NCBI GenBank assembly: GCA_963845185.1
Contig: CAWJRG010000009.1
Span: 544,001-608,000 of the forward strand
Length of the DNA: 64,000 bases
Reading direction: 5' to 3'
DNA from: an uncultured bacterium
GTDB taxonomy: Bacteria > Oederibacteriota > PGYV01 > CAWJRG01
Below the pieces are notes generated by a model. It ran no database searches and had not been told where the DNA came from. It saw only the letters and a list, made by a program, of their open reading frames with translations. The translations under genes and the position numbers were made by a program. This document shows, piece after piece, positions 21,621-32,111 of this stretch. The first letter of the stretch is position 1. Every line of letters starts with the position of its first letter.

Positions 21621-23041
21621 ATAGACCCAGGATAAACCTGCTAATACTTAGCTTGATTTTATACACAGTAACTATCATCAGCAATAAATTATTGGTTAAA
21701 GATTCTGATTATAATTCACTTGTATTAAGCCTGCCACTTCTAATGCCTGAAATCAGGAGGAGATTTGATAAAATAGGGGCTTTAGTTTTCAGTATAATTT
21801 TAGTTGCCGCAACGCTTGTCCTTGCTTTGCCTTCGATAAATGTCATTTCACGTGAAATTTTCATTATTGTTTTTCTTTTTTTTCTCACGCTTTATTTTTA
21901 TCCGGATTTTTTTACGGCGTATATAAGAAAAATAAATCAAAAAGAATTATCGCTTCAGCAAAAAATACATGAGCTTAAAAAGATGAAAGATGAAATTGGA
22001 TCGCTATCCAAGATTAACGAAGACCTAGAAAAAGAAATAAAGGATGTAACTTCACTTTATGGCATGATAAAAGAATTAGGTTCCCGGTCCCTGACGCTGA
22101 CAGACAGCATTGGCAATATAACGGAGACTATAAAAAGAATAATCAAATATAACTTCAAAATAAACCTCGATGAAATAAATTTTTTTATGATTGTGAAAAA
22201 AGGAAACATTTTTTCGGTAGCGCAGTCATTTGGGTACGATGAGAATTATTTGAAAGAAAACGAAAAAACAATAATTGAGGCCGTACTGAAAAGAATATCC
22301 GATAAGCGCGATATGATATATAGCAATAAACTTGACAATAAAGAATGGGATAAAAACGAGGCTTTTTTTAATAAAAGTGTGTTATACGTTCCTTTTTATG
22401 TGGAAAATAAACTGCTTGGAGTTTTATTCTTTTCCGGGAGCAAAGAAAATATTTTTGACGAAAAGCAAATTGCAAGCATAAGAATTTTAACAAACCAGAT
22501 TGCGATATTACTGGAAAAAGTTTCTCTTTACGAAGAAGAAGCTATGATGTCAAAAATAGACAGTTTAACAGGACTTTATGTACACAGAGAATTTCAGGAA
22601 CGGCTTGAAAATGAATTAAAGCGAAGTTCCAGATACCAAAAAGAACTGGGGCTTATAATGGGAGATATTGATTTTTTTAAAAAGATGAACGATTATTACG
22701 GGCATCTGGCAGGCGATTATGTACTTAAAACAATAGCACTTATTTTAAAAAATAATACGGACCCGGCAGATTCAGTGGCTAGATATGGCGGCGAGGAATT
22801 TGTTATTATTTTGCCTGATTCAGACAAGAAAAAAGCTTTTTTAAAAGCAGAATCAATTAGAAAAGTAATTGAGGATTATGGATTTGCATATAAAGGGACA
22901 AAAATGGGCGTAACAATGAGCTTTGGTGTTGCGGCATATCCTGGCGATGCTATAACGCGAAGATCATTAATTGATAAAGCAGACAAGGCACTTTATAAAG
23001 CTAAAGAAACAGGCAGAAATAAAGTATTAAAAAGCGAATGA
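21617..23041 (+). CDS. Membrane-anchored GAF-GGDEF diguanylate cyclase
   Basis: N-terminal TM helices, GAF, DSLTGLY, RYGGEEF without RxxD. Confidence 0.92.
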   Translation: MNRPRINLLILSLILYTVTIISNKLLVKDSDYNSLVLSLPLLMPEIRRRFDKIGALVFSIILVAATLVLALPSINVISREIFIIVFLFFLTLYFYPDFFTAYIRKINQKELSLQQKIHELKKMKDEIGSLSKINEDLEKEIKDVTSLYGMIKELGSRSLTLTDSIGNITETIKRIIKYNFKINLDEINFFMIVKKGNIFSVAQSFGYDENYLKENEKTIIEAVLKRISDKRDMIYSNKLDNKEWDKNEAFFNKSVLYVPFYVENKLLGVLFFSGSKENIFDEKQIASIRILTNQIAILLEKVSLYEEEAMMSKIDSLTGLYVHREFQERLENELKRSSRYQKELGLIMGDIDFFKKMNDYYGHLAGDYVLKTIALILKNNTDPADSVARYGGEEFVIILPDSDKKKAFLKAESIRKVIEDYGFAYKGTKMGVTMSFGVAAYPGDAITRRSLIDKADKALYKAKETGRNKVLKSE

Positions 23042-23317
23042 ATGCATTAACAAAATTTAAGCCTATAATTACATGATATGCATAAAAATGAAGGGGCAAA
23101 TATTTTCGGACATAACAAAATATTTTTTTAGTTAAAGCTTTTGAGAATATGATGCATAATTATTCACCGTGGTTGAGTAATAATACACTGGATAATCATT
23201 TTTTTGTTCTAATTTTTTTTGAAATATTAATGCGTTAAAAATCAAATTTAAGGGCGTTGTGCGCTTATAAATATTTATTTTAGATAGCAGTTATTAATAT
23301 ACATGCCAAAAATATCC

Positions 23318-23342
23318 GCAACTTTTTTATAATTCAGTCGTA
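23318..23342 (+). promoter_or_regulatory. Putative ECF-sigma promoter upstream of the sigma gene
   Basis: GCAAC-16 nt-CGTA, matching the AAC/CGT pattern of ECF promoters; similar copy at 23951. Confidence 0.55.
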
Positions 23343-23373
23343 CTAATAAGAAGTCGAAATATAAAGGTGAAAA

Positions 23374-23964
23374 ATGGATATTGAAAAAGAAAATGAATTA
23401 ATTGAACAATCAAAATCAGATCCGAAAGCATTTGAAAAGTTGTTTGATAATTATTATCATGCCGTTTTTAGATATGCAGCACACAGAACGGGAAATATAG
23501 AAGTCTCAAGCGATATTGCGGCTGAAACATTTTTTAAAGCATTTAATAAAATTTATACTTATAATCCTAAAATAGCCCCGTTTTCGGCATGGCTTTTTAA
23601 AATAGCCAATAATGAAACAAATTATTATTTCAGGAAACACAAATATACACCCTTTTCTTATAATGCCGCAGTTGAAGATGGTGGATTCAGGGAACCGGCA
23701 TCGCCAGTCGATATTGAAAAGGAATTTATGGATGCGCAGGAAGAAATGGAAAAAAACAAGGATTTTTTACAGGTAAAGGAAGCTATATGCAAATTACCCG
23801 CAAGATATCAGGAGGTAATAGTTCTTAAGTTTCTGGAGGATAAAAAAATTTCCGAAATCAGTTTAATCCTGAATAAAAAAGAAGGAACAATAAAATCACT
23901 TATATCCAGGGGTTTGGCAAGATTGCGAAAATATTTTTCCCGAAAAAGACGCAACCATTTATAA
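23374..23964 (+). CDS. ECF RNA polymerase sigma factor
   Basis: AFEKLFDNYY, DIAAETFFKAF, FSAWLFKIANN, region 4 LPARYQEVIVL...EGTIKSLISRG. Confidence 0.95.
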   Translation: MDIEKENELIEQSKSDPKAFEKLFDNYYHAVFRYAAHRTGNIEVSSDIAAETFFKAFNKIYTYNPKIAPFSAWLFKIANNETNYYFRKHKYTPFSYNAAVEDGGFREPASPVDIEKEFMDAQEEMEKNKDFLQVKEAICKLPARYQEVIVLKFLEDKKISEISLILNKKEGTIKSLISRGLARLRKYFSRKRRNHL

Positions 23965-23975
23965 TCTGAAGCATA
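23951..23975 (+). promoter_or_regulatory. Second ECF-promoter-like motif ahead of the anti-sigma gene
   Basis: GCAAC-16 nt-CATA, sharing the TTTATAAT spacer core with the 23318 copy. Confidence 0.45.
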
Positions 23976-24013
23976 TATTAAGTAACAGCAAGAATAACGA
24001 AAGGCGGCTTTAA

Positions 24014-24841
24014 ATGGAAGAAAAAGATATAATTAAAAAGCTGGAAAAAGCAAGGCTTTCAATGCATGGGTTTAAAGCCCACGGCGCCAGAGTTAAAGCA
24101 GTGCTTTTTAGCAGGAAAATTAAAGAGGAAAGAAAATATATACCCGAATATTTTAAAATTTTAACAGCCATGGCTGGCATGTTTGTTTTGGCAATTGCGT
24201 CTTATTATGTAGTTGATAACATGGATAAAGGTAATAAATTCAATAAAAACGGTGGAATCTGGTCAACCTACAGCGATGTTCAGGAAGGTGGAGATTCAAA
24301 GGTATGGCCTCCGCCGGCTTCAGCAACTGGAAATGATTTTGTGATGTCAAAGCCCGGTTACGGAGGAGAGGGTTACGCAGTAAGGATTACAGGCATGACA
24401 GGCTCCAAACTCGGCTTAAATTATAATTATTTTGGCGTGGTAAACAGATTTAGCAGTGATTCTTCCTGCCCCAAATGTAAAGGTGCAAATATTAAAAAAT
24501 ATTCCGGCATAATGTTCAGGATTAAGGGAAAAATACTGTCAGGCAATCTTTTTTTTATACTGCCTTATGAAGGCAATGAGTGCGTAGCTGAAAGGCTTAC
24601 ATGCAAGAGTTTGACCGGCTATGCGGATTACGAAAAGGACATTACAAATGAAGTCAAGCAAAACTGGAACTTTATTGTTATTGATTTCAGAAGAGATTTA
24701 AGGCAACCTTATTGGACGCCAAACAATGCAGTTGTGCCGATTGAGAAAGTACTTGAAAATGTTCACCTTTTCAAGTGGCAGTTTAAAAACGGGGACGGCA
24801 ATTTAGTGGATATTTGGATTGATAATGTCCGACTTTTCTAA
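24014..24841 (+). CDS. Putative anti-sigma factor with an extracytoplasmic CIA30/CBM11-like carbohydrate-binding domain
   Basis: Short basic N-terminus, single TM, GGIWSTYSD...YSGIMFRIKG...QPYW...DIWIDNVRL; follows the ECF sigma gene. Confidence 0.7.
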   Translation: MEEKDIIKKLEKARLSMHGFKAHGARVKAVLFSRKIKEERKYIPEYFKILTAMAGMFVLAIASYYVVDNMDKGNKFNKNGGIWSTYSDVQEGGDSKVWPPPASATGNDFVMSKPGYGGEGYAVRITGMTGSKLGLNYNYFGVVNRFSSDSSCPKCKGANIKKYSGIMFRIKGKILSGNLFFILPYEGNECVAERLTCKSLTGYADYEKDITNEVKQNWNFIVIDFRRDLRQPYWTPNNAVVPIEKVLENVHLFKWQFKNGDGNLVDIWIDNVRLF

Positions 24842-24941
24842 CGTAAAGATTGAAAAAAGACCGAAAGGAGGCATGTACAGAGTTTAAATCTAGATTATTT
24901 GCGAAGTAATTAATTTGCTGAAGAAAATACTGAAAAAAATG

Positions 24942-24970
24942 TGGACAAAAAAAAATATATTACTTATAAT
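24942..24970 (+). promoter_or_regulatory. sigma70-type promoter of the glycoside hydrolase
   Basis: TGGACA-17 nt-TATAAT, poly-A run in the spacer. Confidence 0.55.
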
Positions 24971-25010
24971 AACAGCACTTAATTGAAAAATATAAAAAGG
25001 AGGAAGGAAA

Positions 25011-27332
25011 ATGAAAAAAAGCAAGAAAACATTATTTTTATCGGCAATTGTTTTTTCTTTATTGTTTATTTTATGTTTTAGTAAGATAGCGTTTGCTGCG
25101 GACACCACGCAAGATGCAAAAGCAGTTGAAGCAATGAAAGCAAGCCATAATATTGTACTGTGGAATTTCGAAGATGGCACAACAGATGGGTGGCATGGTG
25201 CAGGCGCAAAATGGGGAAAAGCTTCCTCGGTCAACAACAAATCTGATTTTGTAAGCGAAGGAAAATACTCTTTGGAAATTAATTGTAAGGGTTCGACGGA
25301 CTGGAACCAGGATGCTGCGGTCAATGATGGGCCGTTTCCGAAAGAGTTTCAAAAACTTGTCGAGATCACAATGGATGTATTCGTGCCAGCAGAGACATTA
25401 AAAGGAATGGAATATGCCGAGCTTTATTTCGTGATTTCTGGCGCTGCAAATACATGGTATCAGCTCAAACAACAGTTAAATCAGGGCTGGAACAATCTGG
25501 TATTTAAGGTTGACACGGCAAATGTAAGAGGAGAGATATGGCATACGTATATTGTAGTAAATTCAACCGAGCCTTTTAACGGGCCAATCTATGTTGACAA
25601 TGTAAAAGCAAGGGTACAGGGACCATTGGGCGAAATTAAAGGTAAAGCCATTGATAAAGACAGTAAACAGCCATTAAAAGGAGCATGTTTTGTAATTGGT
25701 GATACTTTGGTTAAAACCGACGACGGTGGAAATTTTCAGGCAAATGTATACGAGGATGAATATAGTAAATTGGCAATTATTATGCCGGGATATATGGATA
25801 AGACAATGGATAAAGTTGTTGTTTGGGGTGGAAAAACCACTGATTTAGGAGAAGTTTTAGTCACTAAGAAAAGCGAGCCTAAAGAAGAGCAGGTAAATGT
25901 TACAGTAGATGCGTCAAAGGTTATAAGGGAATTTGATCCGCACAAGGTTTATGGCAACAACGCAGCAGTGTGGGATAAAAAAGACGGATTTGTTGACAAT
26001 ATTGCACTTGAAAAAATAAGAAAATCAGGTGCCACACTTATTAGGTTCCCTGGCGGTGATTACGGCAACCTTTATAACTGGAAAACAGGTGAGGTTTATA
26101 AATGGGATGGTTCTGTTTCATGGACGCCGGAAATGAATTATTATATGTTTATAGCCTTCATGAAAAGGCTTGACCCAATAAATGCCGAAGTACTTCCAAC
26201 CTTAAATGTAATGACACCTCCAAACAAGACATTAGTGGAAAGAGTTAAATTTCAGATAGAATGGCTTAAGGACATGAGGGAAAAAGGTCTTAAATTCCGG
26301 TACGTTGAAATCGGAAACGAGCCTGATAACAAGCCTGCGGTAAAAGCACCATCCGATATGAAAAAATTGGCGAAGAAAAAAGACGGTACGGAATTCTGGA
26401 CAAGTATTGATGATTACTGCGCTGTTTTTAACGAAGCAGCAAGCATTATAAAAAAAGAGATTCCTGATGTAAAAATTTTGGGTCCAGTTCCAATGCAACC
26501 AATGAATCAACTTAGATTGGAAGGAGAGCCATGGAAAGCCGAAGGCGACCCAAAAGCGCCTTTCTGGCTTGAAAGGTTTTTAAAACTTTCGGGTAAATAT
26601 GTAGATGTCTTGGTGACACATGAATATCCATTATGGGCAAATAACAGCACTGTGGCACTTTTGAAAAGGCCGCAGGAAACATGGCCGGTATATATGCCGA
26701 AAATAAAAGCATGGATGAAAAAGTACGTGCCTGAAAAAGCTGACACTATGGAAGTTGCCTTAACCGAATGGAACTCGGGGCAAGAAAATCCGACAACGGC
26801 ACAGCTTATAAACGGTTTGTTTGCGGCAGACTATCTTGCATCTTTTATTAAGTCGGGTGGAGATATAGCTTGTATCTGGGACATGTATACACAGAAAGCT
26901 GGCCAGGGTGGAGGGCACGGAGTTCTTGATGAAGAGTTTGATCCTAGCAATAAATATGCGGAAAGGTCATCTTACTGGGCGCTATATATGATGTATAACA
27001 TGTTGGGTAAAAAAATGGTTAAAGCAGATTCAAATAACCAGGATCTTTCCGTTTACGCTACAATGCTTGACGACGGAAATTTGGCGATAATGGCTATAAA
27101 CAAAACAAGCTTGTCGAAATGCAAGGCAACAATAGATATTTCCGGCTTTAACGTGGGAAATGGCACTGCGGATGCTTGGCAATTTTCAGATAAGGAATAT
27201 GTATGGAGCACAATGCTTTTTAGGGCAATTATTAACTCGGGCCCATCTCAGTTCCAGATTAACAATGTGAAAAACACGTTTACTGAAGATTTCCCGCCTT
27301 ATTCAATCACGATATTGCATATAAAAAAGTAA
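25011..27332 (+). CDS. Secreted multi-domain clan GH-A glycoside hydrolase (GH44/GH51/GH79-like) with N-terminal CBM-like and carboxypeptidase-regulatory-like domains
   Basis: Signal peptide (AFA), WNFEDGTTDGW, IRFPGG, EIGNEP acid/base, ALTEWN nucleophile, C-terminal PPYSITILH. Confidence 0.8.
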   Translation: MKKSKKTLFLSAIVFSLLFILCFSKIAFAADTTQDAKAVEAMKASHNIVLWNFEDGTTDGWHGAGAKWGKASSVNNKSDFVSEGKYSLEINCKGSTDWNQDAAVNDGPFPKEFQKLVEITMDVFVPAETLKGMEYAELYFVISGAANTWYQLKQQLNQGWNNLVFKVDTANVRGEIWHTYIVVNSTEPFNGPIYVDNVKARVQGPLGEIKGKAIDKDSKQPLKGACFVIGDTLVKTDDGGNFQANVYEDEYSKLAIIMPGYMDKTMDKVVVWGGKTTDLGEVLVTKKSEPKEEQVNVTVDASKVIREFDPHKVYGNNAAVWDKKDGFVDNIALEKIRKSGATLIRFPGGDYGNLYNWKTGEVYKWDGSVSWTPEMNYYMFIAFMKRLDPINAEVLPTLNVMTPPNKTLVERVKFQIEWLKDMREKGLKFRYVEIGNEPDNKPAVKAPSDMKKLAKKKDGTEFWTSIDDYCAVFNEAASIIKKEIPDVKILGPVPMQPMNQLRLEGEPWKAEGDPKAPFWLERFLKLSGKYVDVLVTHEYPLWANNSTVALLKRPQETWPVYMPKIKAWMKKYVPEKADTMEVALTEWNSGQENPTTAQLINGLFAADYLASFIKSGGDIACIWDMYTQKAGQGGGHGVLDEEFDPSNKYAERSSYWALYMMYNMLGKKMVKADSNNQDLSVYATMLDDGNLAIMAINKTSLSKCKATIDISGFNVGNGTADAWQFSDKEYVWSTMLFRAIINSGPSQFQINNVKNTFTEDFPPYSITILHIKK

Positions 27333-27352
27333 AGATAAACAGTAGAAAATAT

Positions 27353-27392
27353 AAGCCCTCTTTGCGGAAACGCCGAGAGGGCTTTATATTTT
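27353..27392 (+). terminator. Intrinsic terminator
   Basis: AAGCCCTC...GAGGGCTT stem followed by a T-rich tract. Confidence 0.75.
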
Positions 27393-27467
27393 TATATTCA
27401 TTTTATTCCGGAAAATTTCCAATTTTTTTGACAGAATTTCGCTAAATAGTAAAACAATTGAAAATTA

Positions 27468-27495
27468 TTGACAAAAATACCGATTTTTATATAAT
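27468..27495 (+). promoter_or_regulatory. sigma70-type promoter of the polyamine operon
   Basis: TTGACA-16 nt-TATAAT. Confidence 0.65.
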
Positions 27496-27537
27496 TAATC
27501 ACGCGTTTATGATGTTACAATACGAAGAGGAGATAAA

Positions 27538-28044
27538 ATGAAAAACGGAAATAAATCTAAAGTACCTAATCAAGGCATAAGCCAAATAATCCCGACAAAA
27601 TTTTTTCTTGTGGCAGGACATTCCGAAGGCATGACGCCTCTTAATGCTTTTGACAGCGCACTTCTTGATGCGGGCATTGGCAACACTAATCTGGTAAAGA
27701 TGAGCAGTATACTGCCACCCGGAGCGAAAAAAATTAAACCGATAAAATTACCTTTAGGAGCGCTCGTGCCCGTAGCTTATGCATCAAAAGTCAGCACACA
27801 GGTTGATGAAATTATATCTGCAGGAGTGGCTGTTGCGATACCAAAAGACCCTAAGAAAAACGGGCTGATTATGGAGTATTCAGGTGCAGGACACAAGGAA
27901 GAAATTGAAAGAATAGTCCGCCATATGGCTGAAGAGGGCATGAGATACAGGGGATATTCGATTAAGGAAATACAGAGCATAGCGGCACAACATAATATTA
28001 AAAAAATAGGTGCTGCATATGCTGCAGTAGTGCTGTGGTGGTAA
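27538..28044 (+). CDS. pdaD: Pyruvoyl-dependent arginine decarboxylase
   Basis: [27 protein letters not shown] (SS autocleavage site), GLIMEYS. Confidence 0.93.
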   Translation: MKNGNKSKVPNQGISQIIPTKFFLVAGHSEGMTPLNAFDSALLDAGIGNTNLVKMSSILPPGAKKIKPIKLPLGALVPVAYASKVSTQVDEIISAGVAVAIPKDPKKNGLIMEYSGAGHKEEIERIVRHMAEEGMRYRGYSIKEIQSIAAQHNIKKIGAAYAAVVLWW

Positions 28045-28886
28045 AAGTGAAAGAAATTAGCAGGAAATGGGCTCGTGAAATTTACAAGGATACGGCCTTA
28101 TCTTATGAAATAATCAAAAAGCTTTACGGCAAGCGAAGCAAATTTCAAATGGTGGAGGTCTATAAGACAAAAAAACACGGAAATTTAATGGCGCTTGACG
28201 GTTGTTTTATGCTGACTGAAAAAGAAGAATTTGTTTATCATGAAATGATAGCACATATCCCGCTCTTTTCTCATCCCAACCCACAAAATGTACTAGTTAT
28301 AGGAGGAGGCGACGGAGGTACAGTAAGAGAAGTCTTGAAGCACAAAACAGTCAAGAAAATAGATTTTGTCGAGATTGACGAAGATGTTTACAAAGTTTCT
28401 TTAAAATATTTTAAAACTCTTACGGATCCGGTTAAAGATAACAAAAAAGTTAATTTTCTTTTTGGGGATGGCATAAAATTTGTTACTGAAACAAGCAATA
28501 AATATGATGTTATTTTGATTGATTCAACAGATCCTTCGAATATAAGCGGCGGGCTTTTTGGTACAGAATTTTTTAAAAATATCTACAGAATTTTGAATAA
28601 AAACGGTATTATGGTAAGCCAGTCTGAAGATCCGTTTTTTGATGGGCATATAATAAAAAATGTTCATTCCCGCCTAAAAAAAATATTTAAGCATGTGAGG
28701 CTTTATCTTGCTTTTATTCCGACTTATCCATCCGGTTGCTGGAGTTTTATTTTTGCCTCAAAGCGCCTTACCCCCGATGTAATAAGAAATAAATTTTTAA
28801 ATAAATTTAAGACAAAATACTATAACTCTGAACTCCATAAAGCGGCTTTTATTTTGCCGGAATTTGTAAAGGGGCTTACAAAATGA
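28035..28886 (+). CDS. speE: Polyamine aminopropyltransferase
   Basis: [43 protein letters not shown]. Confidence 0.96.
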   Translation: MVVKVKEISRKWAREIYKDTALSYEIIKKLYGKRSKFQMVEVYKTKKHGNLMALDGCFMLTEKEEFVYHEMIAHIPLFSHPNPQNVLVIGGGDGGTVREVLKHKTVKKIDFVEIDEDVYKVSLKYFKTLTDPVKDNKKVNFLFGDGIKFVTETSNKYDVILIDSTDPSNISGGLFGTEFFKNIYRILNKNGIMVSQSEDPFFDGHIIKNVHSRLKKIFKHVRLYLAFIPTYPSGCWSFIFASKRLTPDVIRNKFLNKFKTKYYNSELHKAAFILPEFVKGLTK

Positions 28887-29734
28887 AACTAACAAAAGAA
28901 ACTAATTTTATTGGTTGTGATTACGATTTTGAAGAATCCCAACTTGTATTGGCAGGAATTCCTTATGATGGTACTTCTTCGTTTAGGCCGGGATCTCGTT
29001 TTGCGCCGGATAGCATCAGGAAATTTTCATATTCAATAGAGACTTTTTCACCAGATGCCGTTCTTGATATTACTGATTTTAAAATAAGCGATATTGGAAA
29101 TGTGGAATTACCTTTTGGCAACAGGGAAGAGGTTATTGGTGATATAAAAAATCTTGCTGCATATATATTAAAAAACAAAAAAAAAGCTGTATTCATGGGT
29201 GGTGAACATCTTTTAAGCTATCCTGTCATAGAAAAGTATAAAGAAAGGTATAAAGACCTGAAAGTCATATATTTTGATGCGCATGCTGACATGCGTGACG
29301 ATTATTTGAATGATAAACTATCACATGCATGCGTAGCCAGGCGTATTACAGAAAATATAGGTAAGGAAAATATTTTTATGTTCGGCGTCAGGTCCTTTGA
29401 GAAACAAGAATTTAATTATATAAGGAACAACAATATTTTTTGCGATTCAAAATGTGAACAAATATGGAACGTTATCGATACTGTAAAATCTTTTCCTGTT
29501 TATCTATCACTTGACCTCGATGTTTTTGATCCGGCATGCCTGCCGGGACTTGGCACGCCTGAAGCCGGTGGTATTTTTTATAATGATTTTGTCGAAATCC
29601 TTGAAGGCTTGTCTGAAATTAAAAATATAGTAGCAGCTGACGTAGTTGAATTATCCCCGACTTTTGACCCATGTGGAAATTCTAGTGTTTTTGCCGCAAA
29701 AGTCATGAGGGAACTTATTTTACGTTTAATTTAA
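28883..29734 (+). CDS. speB: Agmatinase (ureohydrolase)
   Basis: GGEH, DAHADMRD, SHAC, DLDVFDP, GTPEAGG. Confidence 0.95.
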   Translation: MKLTKETNFIGCDYDFEESQLVLAGIPYDGTSSFRPGSRFAPDSIRKFSYSIETFSPDAVLDITDFKISDIGNVELPFGNREEVIGDIKNLAAYILKNKKKAVFMGGEHLLSYPVIEKYKERYKDLKVIYFDAHADMRDDYLNDKLSHACVARRITENIGKENIFMFGVRSFEKQEFNYIRNNNIFCDSKCEQIWNVIDTVKSFPVYLSLDLDVFDPACLPGLGTPEAGGIFYNDFVEILEGLSEIKNIVAADVVELSPTFDPCGNSSVFAAKVMRELILRLI

Positions 29735-29735
29735 A

Positions 29736-32111
29736 ATGACTAGAAAAGATAAATTACTAATATCGACTTTCTTGTTGTTCTCTTTTTTAATATTTTATCC
29801 CCAATACATTTCAAATAAAATAATAGCTTGGCTTGACATGACATATTATTTTTTCCCGTTCAGGTTTATAGTTGCGGAATTAGTCAAATCCAATATTTTA
29901 CCTTTATGGAATCCATATATATACTGCGGAAACCCGTTGATGGCTAATATGCAATCCGCGGTTTTCTATCCACTTAATGTCTTTTTCTATATAATGCCAA
30001 TGGATTTGGCCCTTAAAATAACTACGTTTATATCTTTTTTTTTATTTGCATTTTTTACCTACGCTTTCCTAAGACTACATAAAATATCGGAAGAGGGAAG
30101 TTATATTGGAGCAGTGTCTTTTGTTTTTACTTTTTACATTACTGCTAAAGCAGTTGAACTAGCTGATTTTAATGTGCTTTTGTGGATGCCTGCGGTCTTG
30201 TATTTTACGCGAAAGTATTCTTTTAAGAAAAGGATTTTTGATGCTATATTTCTGGTAGGAACACTTTCTATGTCTTTTTTAGGAGGGCATCCGCAAGTTT
30301 TTTCTTGCGTTTATTTCATTTTTTTTGCCTTATTTTTTTACCATCAACTTTTCGATAGCAAGGATTTTCGTGGCAGTATAAAACCGTTTTGCTTAATAAA
30401 TGCCTTATTTTTATTTATTGTATTATTGCAGCTACTGCCTACAGTAGAATTTATGAAATTATGCAACAGAATAACAACTGGTGTGGATTTTTTAAGAAGT
30501 CAACAAAGTTTTATGGAATTAGAACATTTTATATTATTTATTTTCCCGCCTGCCACGATTTTTATTTCGAAATATACTAGTTTTTTAAATTGGGTATCGC
30601 TTATAGAACTGGGAATTTTATCTATTTTACTGTTTGTTTTGGGAACCTGGAAAACAACCGAAAAAAGATATAGGAATTTTCTTTTTGTTTTATTTGTTTT
30701 TTCATTTTTTATTTCATTCTTGGGAAATATGCCTTTTTACAAATGGATATACGATACGGTACCTCTTTTGAAAATGATAACCTATCCAAGTAAGATTAAT
30801 GTATTATGGTTTTTTATAACCTGCATGATGGTAGGTTACGGTTATGATATTTTATTTCAAGCCAAATCTGTAGAAACTAAAAATTTTAGGATACTAGTTT
30901 ATTCAGCTGGATTCTTTATTTTTGTTCTTTATTTGATTTGCAGCGTTTATGAAAGGCAAATCCTGTGGTATTGGAAAAAGTTATTCGACCCGTTAATTAA
31001 ATTTCAAAAATTATACGAAATAACTGAAAATTATGAAATTTTTCTTCGCAGTTTTTTTATTTATATGTTTATGCTGTCAGTGTCGTGTTTTTTTGTATAT
31101 TTAATTTCAGCAAAGGGAATTAAACAACAATATATACAAATAGCCGTAATATTATTTGTAATTTTTAATATTTTTATTTATCATTGGGGCGGATTTGAAG
31201 TTTATGTTGATTATAAAATTTTTACTACGGAATCAAAAACTATAAATTTTCTTTTTAAAGACAAGGAAATGAAATTTCGAAGAATTCTTGCTCCGGGAAT
31301 AAAAAACAGGATTGAGTTTGAAACAAGAGGAACCGATTCGGAATCTATATTTGCCTATATTTTTGATACTTTAACCCCGAACATTGGCATGGCAAATCAC
31401 CTTATTAATGTTGATGGTTTTGATTCGCTTGTAATTTCGAATTTTAGCATGTTTAAAAAAAACTTGGCCAGGCTTGATAAGCCATGGGATAACGATGCTT
31501 TTAAAATATTAGGTGCTAAATACATATCAAGCAGATCATTGATAAATGGTAAAAAAATAAAATTTAGTTTTTCGACGGCAACAAATATTTATCAATATAA
31601 AAATCCTGCAGATATTATATTTTTTGTGCCTGCCGTCAATAGCGACATATTATTTACTGATAATGAAAAGAATATTATTGACGAAATGTTTAACAAGCCT
31701 TACAACTGTTTTAATAAGATTTTTTTAAATAAGGAATACGAAAAATACTTTAAAGATGTTTTAAACCTGAAATCTTCACAAGGAAGCGATAGAACGACAG
31801 TAATTAAATACAACATGGTCAATGTAAATACATACTCTGTTTTTGCTAAAATAAAAGAGCCCGGTTTCTTGATTTGTACGGATAATTATTATCCGGGATG
31901 GAATGTATATGTTGACGGCAAAAAAGAAAAATTGTTAAAAGCGGATTTGACATTTAAAGCTGTATTTTTGAAGGCAGGCGAACATTTTATCAAATTTATA
32001 TATGAACCGATTAATTTCTATATTTGCGCGTTTGTATCAGTTATTTCTCTTTTTATTTTGATTCTGTTTGGATTATTTTACTATAAAAAGGATATAAATT
32101 ATGCAAACTAA
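29736..32111 (+). CDS. YfhO-family polytopic membrane protein (GT-C glycosyltransferase-like)
   Basis: PLWNPYIYCGNPL, FYPLN, GGHPQ, QLLPTVE, C-terminal DNYYPGWNVYVDG...GEHFIKFIYEP. Confidence 0.85.
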   Translation: MTRKDKLLISTFLLFSFLIFYPQYISNKIIAWLDMTYYFFPFRFIVAELVKSNILPLWNPYIYCGNPLMANMQSAVFYPLNVFFYIMPMDLALKITTFISFFLFAFFTYAFLRLHKISEEGSYIGAVSFVFTFYITAKAVELADFNVLLWMPAVLYFTRKYSFKKRIFDAIFLVGTLSMSFLGGHPQVFSCVYFIFFALFFYHQLFDSKDFRGSIKPFCLINALFLFIVLLQLLPTVEFMKLCNRITTGVDFLRSQQSFMELEHFILFIFPPATIFISKYTSFLNWVSLIELGILSILLFVLGTWKTTEKRYRNFLFVLFVFSFFISFLGNMPFYKWIYDTVPLLKMITYPSKINVLWFFITCMMVGYGYDILFQAKSVETKNFRILVYSAGFFIFVLYLICSVYERQILWYWKKLFDPLIKFQKLYEITENYEIFLRSFFIYMFMLSVSCFFVYLISAKGIKQQYIQIAVILFVIFNIFIYHWGGFEVYVDYKIFTTESKTINFLFKDKEMKFRRILAPGIKNRIEFETRGTDSESIFAYIFDTLTPNIGMANHLINVDGFDSLVISNFSMFKKNLARLDKPWDNDAFKILGAKYISSRSLINGKKIKFSFSTATNIYQYKNPADIIFFVPAVNSDILFTDNEKNIIDEMFNKPYNCFNKIFLNKEYEKYFKDVLNLKSSQGSDRTTVIKYNMVNVNTYSVFAKIKEPGFLICTDNYYPGWNVYVDGKKEKLLKADLTFKAVFLKAGEHFIKFIYEPINFYICAFVSVISLFILILFGLFYYKKDINYAN

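Noticed and set aside
24865..24887. RBS plus tiny ORF MYRV upstream of the hydrolase
   Set aside because: Four codons with no supporting structure; cannot be distinguished from chance or a gene remnant.
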